A stretch of 63,572 nucleotides of DNA, counting the filler, from Octopus bimaculoides (Eukaryota), in NCBI RefSeq assembly GCF_001194135.2. It is 10 parts of 8 records of this genome, joined end to end, with 100 filler letters (N's around TTAATTAATTAA, not from the genome) between each part and the next. Parts side by side here need not be neighbours in the genome. Positions count along the whole stretch, not along the records: positions 47,661 to 53,542 come from NC_068988.1; positions 53,643 to 56,912 come from NC_068999.1; positions 57,013 to 63,572 come from NC_069005.1; 7 more parts are not named here. The stretch is one strand, 5' to 3'. How positions within the stretch are numbered: the first letter of the stretch is position 1; every line of letters begins with the position of its first letter. Made by a program: the position numbers and the translations under genes. Positions 48,132-61,909 of the stretch are shown here, in pieces. A model generated the notes under the pieces. That model had not been told where the DNA came from and did not search any database. It saw only the letters and a program-made list of their open reading frames with translations.

Positions 48132-50076
48132 ATGTGTGTATGTGTGTGTATGTGTGTGTGTGTGTATATGTGTGTGCGTGTGTGTGTGTGTGTGTGTGTG
48201 ACTTTGTTTCTGTGTTTGTACCCCACCATCATTTGAAACCGGTGTTGGTGTGTTTATCCCCCGCCATCGATTCAAACCGGTGTGGGTGTTTACATCCCTG
48301 AAAACTAGCAGTTTGGGAAAAGTGAGTCCGATAACATAAGTATCAGGCTTTAAAAAAATAAGTACCAGTTTCGATTCGTTCGACTAAAAATTCTACTAGG
48401 CAGTGCCCCAGCATGGCCGCAGTCTAATGACTGAAAGAAATAAAAGATAAAAAGATGTACTTCGCCCGTAACGAACTTCAAATATCATTGTTCTTTTAAC
48501 AAAATCGTCCCCGAAGCAGGTCATCGACTTTAGATTCTGTGTCTCGGACGTCCACAGCTGTGATTCAATGAAGAGCTCATTGTCTTTCGTTAACAATATG
48601 ATCACTATAAACGATCCATGCATTGCCAAACCTGTTTCCGTAGCCTAGCGCCATATTCTAAATTCTCATGACCATCCAGCCTTCAACAAAATCTACATTA
48701 TCAGTTCCTTCATTGTCATAAATCCACTTACAAGGTTTTGGTCGGCCCGTGGTTATAGAAGGAAATACTTTCGGAAGTTGCCGCGCAATCGGATTGAACC
48801 CGGAACCATGTCGTTGGGAAACAAACTTCTTATAGAAAATAGTTGTGTGCACAATTACATACAAAACTCTAAAAGCAATGAAGTACACACGATAGGGAAA
48901 AGATGGGTTCGTTCCAGTCATATTCTCGGGTCGATAAGTCCCCAGTTACCCTCTTCCTCTTCAAATTCGTTAACCTTGTATCTAAATCGGAAATTAACCA
49001 GAATTATTATTGCATGTAAACAGAACAACAGCCTTTGAAAATATTTGCACTCATCTCGTTGTGATTTACATTTAGAAAAACAGCAGCCAAAAGCAGAAAT
49101 TCGACAAACAGTAATGAAGATTAGGTGCGATATATACCACAAGATGATGAAGAAGCAGAAGAAGAAATCAGAATGGAATGCTTCTCCGAGTGAGTGAATT
49201 GCTTACCATTATGTGTACGCTAAATGGACCGAATGATCTTCTGTCGCTGTTGACACAGTTTGAGCTGCAATTTATTCAAGATTTCTCAGCAGAGAGCGAA
49301 GCAAATTAAAAAAGCTCACAGCAAAACACTGCATGATGTTCATTAAGAGGATATTATGCTCGGTATACGCTGTCACGATTTAGGATTATCTTTGGATGGT
49401 TGCCAATTTTTAATGACGACATCAACGAAATTTATGCGGTAATATTTACTGATATTTGACGTTTAAATACAAAGTTTAAATTAATCGTAAGTAAAAAGAG
49501 ACCCGTGGAAATTACTATTTTGAGGTCCAGAACTCATAGGGCCGATCATTCGGTTTCCATAGCATGCAAGTGGCCGAAATCACAATATCTGCCCTGAACG
49601 TCGCAGGGTTACTAATTTACAGCTCATTGGTGAAATGATGTGTTTTACTCAACGACACAACGCAACGTCTGGTTCACGAATCGAAACCACGTTCGGTTCA
49701 CGAATACAAACCACAATCTCTGTCCATTTGAGAGCGTCAGAGAAAGTTTAGTTAATAATAATACAGAATACAGGTGTTACCTTGTTGAAGGCCCTGTATG
49801 ACACACTACGATAACAAACGTAGAAAGAAGGTACACCTCTTCGACTTACGACAGAGTTCCATTCCGATTGATAGGTCTGGAAGTCAATCTGGTCGTATGT
49901 CGCGTTTAGATTTTTCAACACTATTTCCATTCATGCAAAAGATGCTTGAAAACGACCGAATGAAAGACAATAACAGGCAGTGGATGCCTGGGTCTGAGCA
50001 AAGGAGCCTGTGTTGCCAGATGCTGCCATAGTTATCGTACGCGCAGCTGCCCAACGTCCGAAAATCGATTTTGCAG

Positions 50077-50107
<31 letters not shown>

Positions 50108-50739
50108 TATTTGTATATCTATTTATTTATATATTTATCTATTGTGGTGGTAAGTGCGGATGGTCGTAAATAGCATAGCTCGTAAGTCGAAGAGAAAGTG
50201 TATATAAAATCCAATGTAAAAACTAGCATTGCTGGCATCGTTTTGTTGTGGGACAGCAGGACTTGTTTTACACTGAAGATTCCCAAAGAATAAAAATACC
50301 TGAAGCTTCCTGGCTGTATGTTAATGTATTACTTAAAATATTGAATTGATGGTAGTCTCTCGTGGTCTGAGAATGATGGTTCTTCAATGACCTGCTGGGC
50401 GACCTACACAAATGATTTGTTTATGGTGATCAAATGTCCATGCAGCACTTTAGCTTGCCCCCTCCATCAAATCAATGTTGTCTAAACAGGTGCACGATGT
50501 GTCACGCGTCAGGTGTTGAGGTGATCGCAGGGCAACGTGAGGTGAAGTGTTTTGCACAAGAGCACAATGCACTACCCACTCCGGAAATTGAAACCGCGAC
50601 CTCGTGGTTCTATATATATATATCCTTCCGTAAACTATAATAAATTATTCCGAGTAAAGCTTCTTTTCAGGGAGGAGGATTTCGTCAAATAAGATCAAGG
50701 GACTTCAGTGGAGAAATGATAAAGAGCAACAAGCTATCT

Positions 50740-51640
50740 TTTCTACTCTAGGCACAAGACTCGAAATTTTCGTAGAGGGGCCAGTCGATTACATCGACCC
50801 CAGTACGCAACTAGTACTTAATTTATCGACCACGAAAAGATGAAAGGTAAAGTCGACCCCGGCGGAATTTGAACTCAAAACGTAAAGACAGACGAAATAC
50901 CGCAAAGCATTTCGCCCGGCGTGCTAACGCTTCTGCCAACTCACCGCCTTAAATACTCTTTTCTTCTCTAGACACAAGGCTCGAAATTTGGTGGGAGGTG
51001 GCCAGTCGATTAGATCGACTCCAGTACGCAACTAGTATTTAATTCATCGACACCAAAAGGATGAAAGTCAAAATCGCCCTCGGCGGAATTTGAACACAGA
51101 ACGTAAAGACAGATGAAATACCGCTAAGCATTTCGCCCGGCGTGCTAACGTTTCTGGACTGTCTGAGTCGTTGGACTGCGGCCATGCTTGGGTACCGCCT
51201 TGAAGAATTCTACTCGTACGAACCGACTGTAACACTTTACTCTTTTACCCGTTTCAGTCATTTGACTGCGGCTATGCTGGAGCACCGCCTTTAGTCGAAG
51301 AAATCGAGCTCAAGAATTATTCTTTGGAAGCGTAGTACTTATTCTATCGGTCTCTTTTGCCGAACCGCCAATTTTCGGAGCCATAAACACACCAACATCA
51401 GGTGTCAAGGGATGGTGGGAAGACAAACAGACACAAAGACACGCACACACATCAACACACACACACACACACACACACACGACGGGCTTCTTTCAATATC
51501 CGTCTATCAAATCGAGTCAGAAGGTTTTGGTTGGCCTGAGGCTATAATAGAAAACACCTGCCCACGGTGCCACGCAGTGGGACTGAACTTGGAACCATGT
51601 GGTTGGGAGGCAAGTCTCTTACCACACAGCCACGCCTGCA
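50740..51640 (-). mobile_element. SINE cluster: two family C copies, a companion repeat (TTATTCTATCGGTCTCTTTTGCCGAACCGC) and a family A copy
   Basis: Direct matches to families seen elsewhere in the window (companion repeat also near 25130, 31780, 41780 and 48210). Confidence 0.75.
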
Positions 51641-52346
51641 CTTTTTTTTTATAACCTGATATTTATTCTGTCGGTCATTTTTGCCGAACCACTAGAGTAT
51701 GGAGACTATAATGCACCAACACATACACACACAAACCCACACATACATACACGCACATACGTTTATGTGTATATATATATATTTCCGTCTACTAAATCCA
51801 CTCAAAAGGCTTTGGGCGGCCCGAAGCCAAACTAGAAGGCATTTTCCTAAGTTGCTACACAGTGGGACCGAACTCGGAACCATGTGGTTCAGAAGCAAAC
51901 TTCTTACCTCACAGCCACGTCCATGTGTTTTTTCATGTACAATAGTAACTTATCGAAGTTTAAACTGAGTCATCTAAATCGATTCCATCAAGCCGTGTGA
52001 AAGAAAAGTAAGTGCCTCGCAAAGGTCGATTCACGATAAAATAATCGACGGTATCTCTAAATGCTAAGAGCTTGCAAAGTTCAATTATTGATAAAAGAAA
52101 AATTCCTACAGTTCCTATCTATAAATGCCCTTACTATGCAATTAAATTCTGATCTGTCGAAATGAAAATTAAATGCTGTTTAATTACCACCAATCTATGC
52201 ATTACCACGAGTGATATCGGCGCCATTGTCACTATTATTATTATCTCAAGTGTTGACATTGTATATCTGTAAAGTGATACTTAAACAATGCCCTCAGTGG
52301 AGTGAGGTACAGCTTTTCCTGGGCCTGGGGATTGAGGGGTGAAGAA

Positions 52347-52377
<31 letters not shown>

Positions 52378-53493
52378 TAGAGGAAATAGATCGATCAATC
52401 GATAGATAGATAGATAGATAGATAGATAAGAAATGGAGTAAGCCAGATAGGATGAAAGATATGACCCACACAACCAGTAACGCTACGTATGTGGGAAACT
52501 GCTGCAAAAATGAAAACTACGATAAGGTTTCGATCTTAACTGTTCAAGGAGTGACTTTTTTGTTTTTGTTTTTGTTTTTCCTCTTTCTGTCTTTCGCCTA
52601 AAGACAGAATGATTGAAAAGAAAAGGAAAAAGTCACAAATACAAACAGTATAAGGCATAAACTCATACACACACACAAACACAAGACACACATACACATA
52701 CTGAAGACGGAATGAGAAGAAAAAACGAGAAGGAAATAAGGAAATAAATTAAAGCAAAAAGGTAAATAATGGACACGTTTACAAAGAGTATAGCAGGCAA
52801 ACCCACACACACGCAGACAAAACATACAGACACTCACGCGCACGCACGAACACACACACACACACACACACACAGATATAGTGACAAACGCATGCGCAGA
52901 TGACAAGGATGCACAACAGAGAAAGACAAAATGGAGTAAACAGGACAGGAGAAGACACGTGTGATGGAGAATCACTGAGGAGGTCACAGCATGAGTGACG
53001 AATGGTTTCCAGACAAAGGACATAAAGTATGAACAATAATAGAATAAATCTGATGTGAAGGACGTATATACAGCACGTTTGTTTATTTAGCAAACAAAAA
53101 AAAAATTACCATCCCCGAATAAAAAAATATATGTTTCAACACGTGATTTCGCATCAAGAATCTTGCAAAACAAAACACGTAAACGTTTATTGAGCTACGT
53201 TTTGATGTATGCGTGAATATGTGAGTATGTGAAAGTGTGAAAGTGATGGGGTTCGTCTACTTCTACAGAGGAGTACACAATATTTATGTGTAGCTGTGTT
53301 TGTTTTAAATCTCACTGTCTGCGTAGCCATATCTGACCTACTGAACGGCTTTTGTCCCCATTCAAGTTTATGAAGATACTGATAGTCATCAAATTGTTAT
53401 TAGTAACTAGGCACCGATATTGAATCTTATATGAATATGTATGTAGACACGCACGCACACACACACATATATATGCGCACACACATGTACGTG

Positions 53494-53542
<49 letters not shown>

Positions 53543-53642
53543 NNNNNNNNNNNNNNNNNNNNNNNNNNNNNNNNNNNNNNNNNNNNTTAATTAATTAANN
53601 NNNNNNNNNNNNNNNNNNNNNNNNNNNNNNNNNNNNNNNNNN

Positions 53643-53699
<57 letters not shown>

Positions 53700-53795
53700 T
53701 GCGTATGTACATAAACTTTTGTAGCAGACATACGCTTATCAAATTTGCTTATTTCTCTGTAGATTGAAAACAAAATATTATGAAGAGCTTTAATT

Positions 53796-53830
53796 GGGTT
53801 TCGACCCTTATTGAAGTCTCATCAGAGGTG
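53796..53830 (-). ncRNA. Hammerhead core with intact boxes and stem II; stems I and III not evident
   Basis: CUGAUGA-GAC(UUCAAUAAGG)GUC-GAAAC. Confidence 0.4.
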
Positions 53831-53946
53831 TTTACACCACTTGACTAATCTCAGGGAAACAAGTAGCCAACGTTTTTTATAAATACTTCTAATCTAATAC
53901 CTCCAGAGATCTCTTTCTCTCTCTCTTTCTCCTTCTCTCTCTCTCC

Positions 53947-54028
<82 letters not shown>

Positions 54029-55118
54029 ATCTATCTAGTTGTCTATCTATCTATTTCTATTTCTCTATTCACCAATCGTTTTATCTTTCGGTCTCGCTTT
54101 CTCTGTGGACGAAATTGGCAGAATGGAATTCTACAGAATGGAACTCTACTGGATTTAAAATGAGCAGGATACATTGCAGTATGGTCATGACGACGTTAAT
54201 AAGAAATCAGGACGTTAATCAGTTAATTACCCAGGAATAAAGGACATCAGTAAAACAAGAAGAAAATTTACCCATGTGACGTCATTATTTTATCACCATT
54301 CTCTCTGGGCGAATTATTCTGTTACGAATTATTCTGTTCCCGTTTTATTGTCTTTGATCGAGCAGCAGACTAACATCAAACAATATGTAATAAAATATTT
54401 TATCTTTACATGTTTTAGGAAAATATTTATCATTTATATCTTTTCTCTATCTTTTATATATTTATGTGTGTGACTGTATCTGTGAGTTTATTTTGTGTCT
54501 GTTTGAGCATGCGTATGGATTAGTGGTTGTGGGTGTATTTTATGCTTTCGCCGCAAGAATTATTTGGTATTGTTATTATAAAGTATATGTGTCGTATTTG
54601 TTCTTCATGAAACCTCTACGTTAGCATTTCGTGTGTAACATTTGCTGCAGACATCATTTTCTGAAACTTAAAGCTTTTTATCTTTACTACGTTCGTTGAT
54701 ACGTCTATTTCAATGTGTATGTGTATGTGACTGCATATTTGTCTATCTATGAATGTATATTTATGTGCTTGCACCTATGTGTGTAATCGTGTGCTTCATT
54801 TTTAGGACAGATTTCACGCAAATAGTATTGTAACATTTAATAGTATCGTAACATTGTAACATTTACACGTGATGTTTATTGCATATAAATAGCCTACGTT
54901 AGCATTTTGAATCATACTTGTTCCTTTATTGTTTCACAGCTTTCACTCATTGGAGAACGACCATGTTATGACAACAAACACCTTCATAGGAAATACGTAA
55001 CTAAATCCAGTATTTATCTCAGTCAGATACGTATGTTATCGAGCTCTATCGAATAATAGAGTTAACTTCTTAAATCGGTTTACATACACCATACGCAGAA
55101 ACAGACACAAACAGTCAT

Positions 55119-55169
<51 letters not shown>

Positions 55170-57532
55170 NNNNNNNNNNNNNNNNNNNNNNNNNNNNNNN
55201 NNNNNNNNNNNNNNNNNNNNNNNNNNNNNNNNNNNNNNNNNNNNNNNNNNNNNNNNNNNNNNNNNNNNNNNNNNNNNNNNNNNNNNNNNNNNNNNNNNNN
55301 NNNNNNNNNNNNNNNNNNNNNNNNNNNNNNNNNNNNNNNNNNNNNNNNNNNNNNNNNNNNNNNNNNNNNNNNNNNNNNNNNNNNNNNNNNNNNNNNNNNN
55401 NNNNNNNNNNNNNNNNNNNNNNNNNNNNNNNNNNNNNNNNNNNNNNNNNNNNNNNNNNNNNNNNNNNNNNNNNNNNNNNNNNNNNNNNNNNNNNNNNNNN
55501 NNNNNNNNNNNNNNNNNNNNNNNNNNNNNNNNNNNNNNNNNNNNNNNNNNNNNNNNNNNNNNNNNNNNNNNNNNNNNNNNNNNNNNNNNNNNNNNNNNNN
55601 NNNNNNNNNNNNNNNNNNNNNNNNNNNNNNNNNNNNNNNNNNNNNNNNNNNNNNNNNNNNNNNNNNNNNNNNNNNNNNNNNNNNNNNNNNNNNNNNNNNN
55701 NNNNNNNNNNNNNNNNNNNNNNNNNNNNNNNNNNNNNNNNNNNNNNNNNNNNNNNNNNNNNNNNNNNNNNNNNNNNNNNNNNNNNNNNNNNNNNNNNNNN
55801 NNNNNNNNNNNNNNNNNNNNNNNNNNNNNNNNNNNNNNNNNNNNNNNNNNNNNNNNNNNNNNNNNNNNNNNNNNNNNNNNNNNNNNNNNNNNNNNNNNNN
55901 NNNNNNNNNNNNNNNNNNNNNNNNNNNNNNNNNNNNNNNNNNNNNNNNNNNNNNNNNNNNNNNNNNNNNNNNNNNNNNNNNNNNNNNNNNNNNNNNNNNN
56001 NNNNNNNNNNNNNNNNNNNNNNNNNNNNNNNNNNNNNNNNNNNNNNNNNNNNNNNNNNNNNNNNNNNNNNNNNNNNNNNNNNNNNNNNNNNNTATATATA
56101 TATTTAAGTTATACCACTAATATAGTAATGTTTTATATAAATGTCAAATATCTCTTAACCGTTGCAATCTCTTGTTAGTGATAATAGAAAATTGTTCCCT
56201 CTTTTAGCGATCTCAAGTTGAAGATATCATTGTTAATGTCTACCACTGCGATTTGTCACCGACGCCAACGATTGGCTATCGCTACTTTCACTTTCATCGC
56301 TCGCTAATTTACTAGTGAATCCGTATAGCGTCAGTAGTTATTGTACATCGACAATAACAAGCGGTAAATAGCTTCACTTTATATCTTATATTTATTACCT
56401 TCCTCACCACCGCCAACATTAATATCCCCACCACCACCACCACTATCAGTACTATGCTTCCTTCTTCCTTTCTGTTTTCTTTCTTCTCCTCCTCTCTCTT
56501 TCTCTCTCTCATTTCCTTCGTCCTTCTCATCGTCTCATTATCTCTCTTCTTCATTATAACAATTCATTCTGTGTAACCTTTTTTTCCGTTCGGCTGCTTT
56601 CTTTTGTTTTGTTAGGTTTAAAACAAAAACCCTAAATTCATTATATTCCCTTTCTATCAATGTAAAGACAGAATCTCCACACAAGAAAGAATCAAAACTC
56701 TCAACTCTCATGCATCCTTATTTTTCCTACCAATTTATACATGACAATATAATGTATGGGTATATTTATTTTTTTATATATTATTGTTTTATATATTATT
56801 TTCTTCATTTTGTACTTCTTTGTAAAAAAACATTTTCATTCTCCTTCTTCTTGATAATTTGCTTCTTCGCAATGAAAACCGGTTAGAAAAAATCTTTATT
56901 AAATTATGCTTCNNNNNNNNNNNNNNNNNNNNNNNNNNNNNNNNNNNNNNNNNNNNTTAATTAATTAANNNNNNNNNNNNNNNNNNNNNNNNNNNNNNNN
57001 NNNNNNNNNNNNATGCAGATGTCTGTATATATATATATATATATATATGTATATACGACGGGATTCTTTCAGTTTCTCTCTACCAAATCCACTCACAAGG
57101 CTTTGTTGGACCCGAGGCTTTAGTAGAAGACACTTGCCCAAGGTGCCATGCAGTGGGAATGAACTCGGAACCCTTTGGGTGGTAAGCAAGCTACATACCA
57201 CACAGCCACTCCCGCGCCTATATTTATATATACATATTGAAATGCATGTACGCATAAATATGCATGGACGTACATACATATATACATATATACATATATA
57301 TGTGTCCATATATATGTATATGTGTGTGTGTGTGTGCATTTATGTGTATATGTGTGTGTACATATATACTATATATACTTATATAACATGCGTATATGTA
57401 TTTTGGGTAATATATGTGCATATATAGGTACGTATATATGTATATACAAATGCATACACACACGCACGCACACACATATATGATATATATATATATATAT
57501 AATTTGTATATGTGTATGTATGTGTATGTTTG

Positions 57533-57583
<51 letters not shown>

Positions 57584-57937
57584 GCATGTATTTTTATATA
57601 TATGTATGTTTTTATACATGTGCGTATCTGTGTTTGTGTATGTGCGTGCGTGTGTGTACACATGTGTTTGTGTTTGTCTGTACGTGTGTACGTGTGCTTA
57701 TGTATTTGTGAACGGCAGGAGATATACAAACTCCAACAAGATACAATGAAACAATATAAACATCTTACGACGAGTTCATGACTTTGCAAAAGCAAAACAA
57801 TTTTACATTTTTATAAACTCGTGACTTTTCCTCCATATTGTACTTCCACGTTATTACTAAAACATTAGGCATATCATGTGTGTGTATATGTGTGTATGTG
57901 TGTGTGAGAGTGTTTGTTTGTATACAGAGGTACACAG

Positions 57938-57975
<38 letters not shown>

Positions 57976-58699
57976 TTATTATTGTAGTATTGTGGCTGTT
58001 GTAATTATTATTACATTCTATACATGTATGAGTATATATCGACATACCCGTCTGTGTATAAATATCGACTTATGTATTTTCACACATACATAAAATATGC
58101 ATACACACACACACACACACACACACATATANNNNNNNNNNNNNNNNNNNNNNNNNNNNNNNNNNNNNNNNNNNNNNNNNNNNNNNNNNNNNNNNNNNNN
58201 NNNNNNNNNNNNNNNNNNNNNNNNNNNNNNNNNNNNNNNNNNNNNNNNNNNNNNNNNNNNNNNNNNNNNNNNNNNNNNNNNNNNNNNNNNNNNNNNNNNN
58301 NNNNNNNNNNNNNNNNNNNNNNNNNNNNNNNNNNNNNNNNNNNNNNNNNNNNNNNNNNNNNNNNNNNNNNNNNNNNNNNNNNNNNNNNNNNNNNNNNNNN
58401 NNNNNNNNNNNNNNNNNNNNNNNNNNNNNNNNNNNNNNNNNNNNNNNNNNNNNNNNNNNNNNNNNNNNNNNNNNNNNNNNNNNNNNNNNNNNNNNNNNNN
58501 NNNNNNNNNNNNNNNNNNNNNNNNNNNNNNNNNNNNNNNNNNNNNNNNNNNNNNNNNNNNNNNNNNNNNNNNNNNNNNNNNNNNNNNNNNNNNNNNNNNN
58601 NNNNNNNNNNNNNNNNNNNNNNNNNNNNNNNNNNNNNNNNNNNNNNNNNNNNNNNNNNNNNNNNNNNNNNNNNNNNNNNNNNNNNNNNNNNNNNNNNNN

Positions 58700-58755
<56 letters not shown>

Positions 58756-58874
58756 TGTGAATGTATGTACATGTATACATGGGAAGGCGGATTGAATTCA
58801 AGTGGTGGGTATCATGTTTATTCTCTCTCCCTCTCAATTTCTTTCTTTCTCTCTCATTCTTTGACTCTTGCCGT

Positions 58875-58907
<33 letters not shown>

Positions 58908-59519
58908 ATCTACCTCTCTCAATATCTGGATTTGTATCTCTACCTCTATTTATGTGTCTATCTATCTTTGTGTCTACAGATTTCTCTTTATCTGCAGATT
59001 TTTCATATCTCTATACTTGCCATTCGTAAGTTCGAATCCTAGCTTACTTTCAAAGTTAAATATCGGCTCTCCTGTAAGTTAGTAAGCTGAACAGTATAAA
59101 TCCCTCTCTAATGATCTGAAGGAATGCCACAGTCACAAAATAGTGAAATTTGGGAAATTACCAGGGTCCAGATAACAACAACAGCAACTTCGAGACTGGA
59201 CTGTCACGGTTGGGAATCATTGTTTTCAATGGTTCTCTAAATCAATTCAAATCAGGAGAGGAGGCTATACGGCAAAAGTAAGGCTCAATTATCACAGTTG
59301 GAAATCCGTTGTTGACGGGATTCTGTCGTTCTTTCTTCCCCTTCTTCTTTGACCTCGGTGTCGTCCTCGGTGACCTTGTCCTTTTCTAACTAGACATCTA
59401 CTCGATCCTGCTACTAAGGTGGATTTGTCTCAAAACTTACAAATTTTATTGGAGTCAGAGGATCCTACGTTGATGGATCCTCTGGCTTAAGTGCACTTTC
59501 AATAGTGCTCCAGCCAATC

Positions 59520-60110
59520 TGTTAACCCCCCATAGAAGTCTTCCTTCATCATGTCCTTCAGTTTGAACAAGTCACAGGGAATAAGGTCTCGACTATAGGG
59601 GGTGAAGATGAGGGACAGTTTTCATACCCATTTCTTATTTCTTTATTGCCCACAGGGGGTTAAACATAGAGGGGACAAACAAAGACAGACAAAGGGATTA
59701 AGTCGATTACATCGACCCCAGTACGCAACTGGTACTTAATTTATCGACCCCGAAAGGATGAAAGGCAAAGTCGACCACGGCAGAATTTGAACTCCGAACA
59801 TAAAGACAGACGAAATACCGCTAAGCATTTCGCCCGGCGTGCTAACGTTTCTGCCAGCTCGCTGCCTTTTTACCCATTTCTGTCAAGAAAGTAACTATCG
59901 CGTATAAGATACAAAGCATGTAATAGAAAGAGTATTGTGTGGAGGCTCAAGCCTTTCATACCCATTTCTGTCAAGTAGTTGGATTCTAGGATGGAATTGT
60001 GGACTGGTTCATTGTCCCAGTGTAGGTGCTCCAGCTTTTTGCGACGAAATCTCTTCTTCACCTCCACACTATACTCCTTGTATAACGTGCCTTGCATCTT
60101 ATACTCTAAG
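59520..60110 (-). mobile_element. mariner transposase remnant interrupted by a SINE
   Basis: KKRFRRKKLEHLHWDNEPVHNS...YLTEMGMK then, beyond the SINE, PYSRDLIPCDLFKLK (decayed HxDNAxxH and YSPDL motifs). Confidence 0.65.
59636..59870 (-). mobile_element. Full-length SINE family C with 11-bp target-site duplication
   Basis: TACCCATTTCT at 59625-59635 and 59871-59881 flanks the SINE. Confidence 0.85.
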
Positions 60111-60326
60111 CAACAATGTTTTTTCTTAAAAATGAAAAGAGGGTAACAATTTACTAGATATAGGCGCAGGTATACTTGTGTGGTTGAAAAACTCACTTTG
60201 CAACCATGTGGTTTTGGGTTCATCCCCACTGCGCGGCACCTTGAGCAAGTATCTTCTACTATAGCACCAGGCCGACCAACACTTTGTGAGTGAATTTTGT
60301 AGTCAGAAACTGATTAAAAGCCCGTA

Positions 60327-60360
<34 letters not shown>

Positions 60361-60638
60361 NNNNNNNNNNNNNNNNNNNNNNNNNNNNNNNNNNNNNNNN
60401 NNNNNNNNNNNNNNNNNNNNNNNNNNNNNNNNNNNNNNNNNNNNNNNNNNNNNNNNNNNNNNNNNNNNNNNNNNNNNNNNNNNNNNNNNNNNNNNNNNNN
60501 NNNNNNNNNNNNNNNNNNNNNNNNNNNNNNNNNNNNNNNNNNNNNNNNNNNNNNNNNNNNNNNNNNNNNNNNNNNNNNNNNNNNNNNNNNNNNNNNNNNN
60601 NNNNNNNNNNNNNNNNNNNNNNNNNNNNNNNNNNNNGA

Positions 60639-61452
60639 TGAAACTGATATGATTTTAAAGTTAAATTCATTAAGTTTTTTTTTTGTAATGCTAATGATGC
60701 TTTCATATTTTTTCAGATCCAGTAATGGCGTTCACTCAACCAGAAAAAGCGTTTTGCGTCCTTGAATTTACAAAAACTGAATCATGGACACTTGTTCAAC
60801 GTGCATTTCGCACAAAATTTCGAAAAGAGGCACCAGAAAGGAAGTCCATATTGAGATGGCATGGTAAATTCATGAAGGATGGGTGTTTGTGCCAGCTAAG
60901 AGAACAGGACACCCCTCAACTTCAGATGGTGACACGTACCTCGACATGCTGGAAAACTAGTTAATGGATAAGTTGAGTGAGGGAGATTCTGACGACTTCA
61001 TTTACCAACAGGATGGTGCGCCACCGCACTGGAGCCTCAGGGTTAGACAGTATCTGAACACAACACTGCCAGACAGATGTATTGGACGTTCTCATGCCCT
61101 GGCCTCCCAGGTCTCCAGATCTCACACCCTGCGATTTCTTTTTCTGTGGGTTTGTAAAAGGCCTGGTCTATGTGCCCCCCCTTCCAAAAGACGTGGATGA
61201 ACTGAAAGCCCGAATAACGAAAGGTGCTGCAACCATCGACAACGCAATGCTGGAACGCGTTTGGCAAGAATTGGACCATCGGCTTGATGTGTACTGTTTG
61301 ACTAACGGTGCTCACATTGAACATCTTTGAACATTCCATAAAAAAAACTTGAAATTGCAGGCTTTCAGAATATATCAGATGCGTTTTTGTGTCTTTAATA
61401 GTTTTCGAGATATTCAATGTCAAAATGTGCCCAAGACTTCTGGAACACCCTC
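60639..61452 (+). mobile_element. Internally deleted Tc1/mariner-superfamily element (DUF4817-type N-terminus)
   Basis: MAFTQPEKAFCVLEF...VQRAFRTKF...SILRWHGKF joined directly to YQQDGAPPH...WPPRSPDLTPCDFFF.GFVK...NGAHIEHL; right end ACACCCTC|TA; left end in gap. Confidence 0.88.
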
Positions 61453-61692
61453 TATATATATATATTACCCGTGTCACATACTTAATATATGTTTTGATTA
61501 TGTTCTTTATAGTTGCGGGATTGCGTGAAGTAAAGAGTTCGTTTAAGACACCGAGTGTTAAAAAACAGTGAAAACCTCAAATGAAGCGAGACAACTCACC
61601 CCGTAGGCAAACGAGAACGATCAATATCGATATTTCGATGTGATTTCAGCTCTTCAACATCATGTATCCGAATCATCCCGAGACGAATTGGA

Positions 61693-61909
61693 ATCGCTGA
61701 TCCGAAAGTATATATGCAAATAGTGCAGAGTCTATCTGCAGATGTACAATAGCTTCGTACAAGTGAAACGAAATTGAATTTTCAGTTATGAACAGCTAAT
61801 AACGTAAACATTACCGACGTCAAAATTTAATTTTGTTTCATTTGTGCGGAGCTGTCGCACATCAGATGAAAGACTCTACACTATTTGCATGCATACGTCA
61901 GATAGCGAT
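61693..61909. repeat. Imperfect inverted repeat (about 90-bp arms, 39-bp loop)
   Basis: 61693-61782 aligns to the reverse complement of 61822-61909; differences mostly transitions. Confidence 0.8.

Noticed and set aside
59456-59484. 10-bp perfect hairpin CAGAGGATCC/GGATCCTCTG as a terminator or regulatory stem
   Set aside because: Short, no U-tract, lies in transposon debris; plausible by chance in 63 kb.
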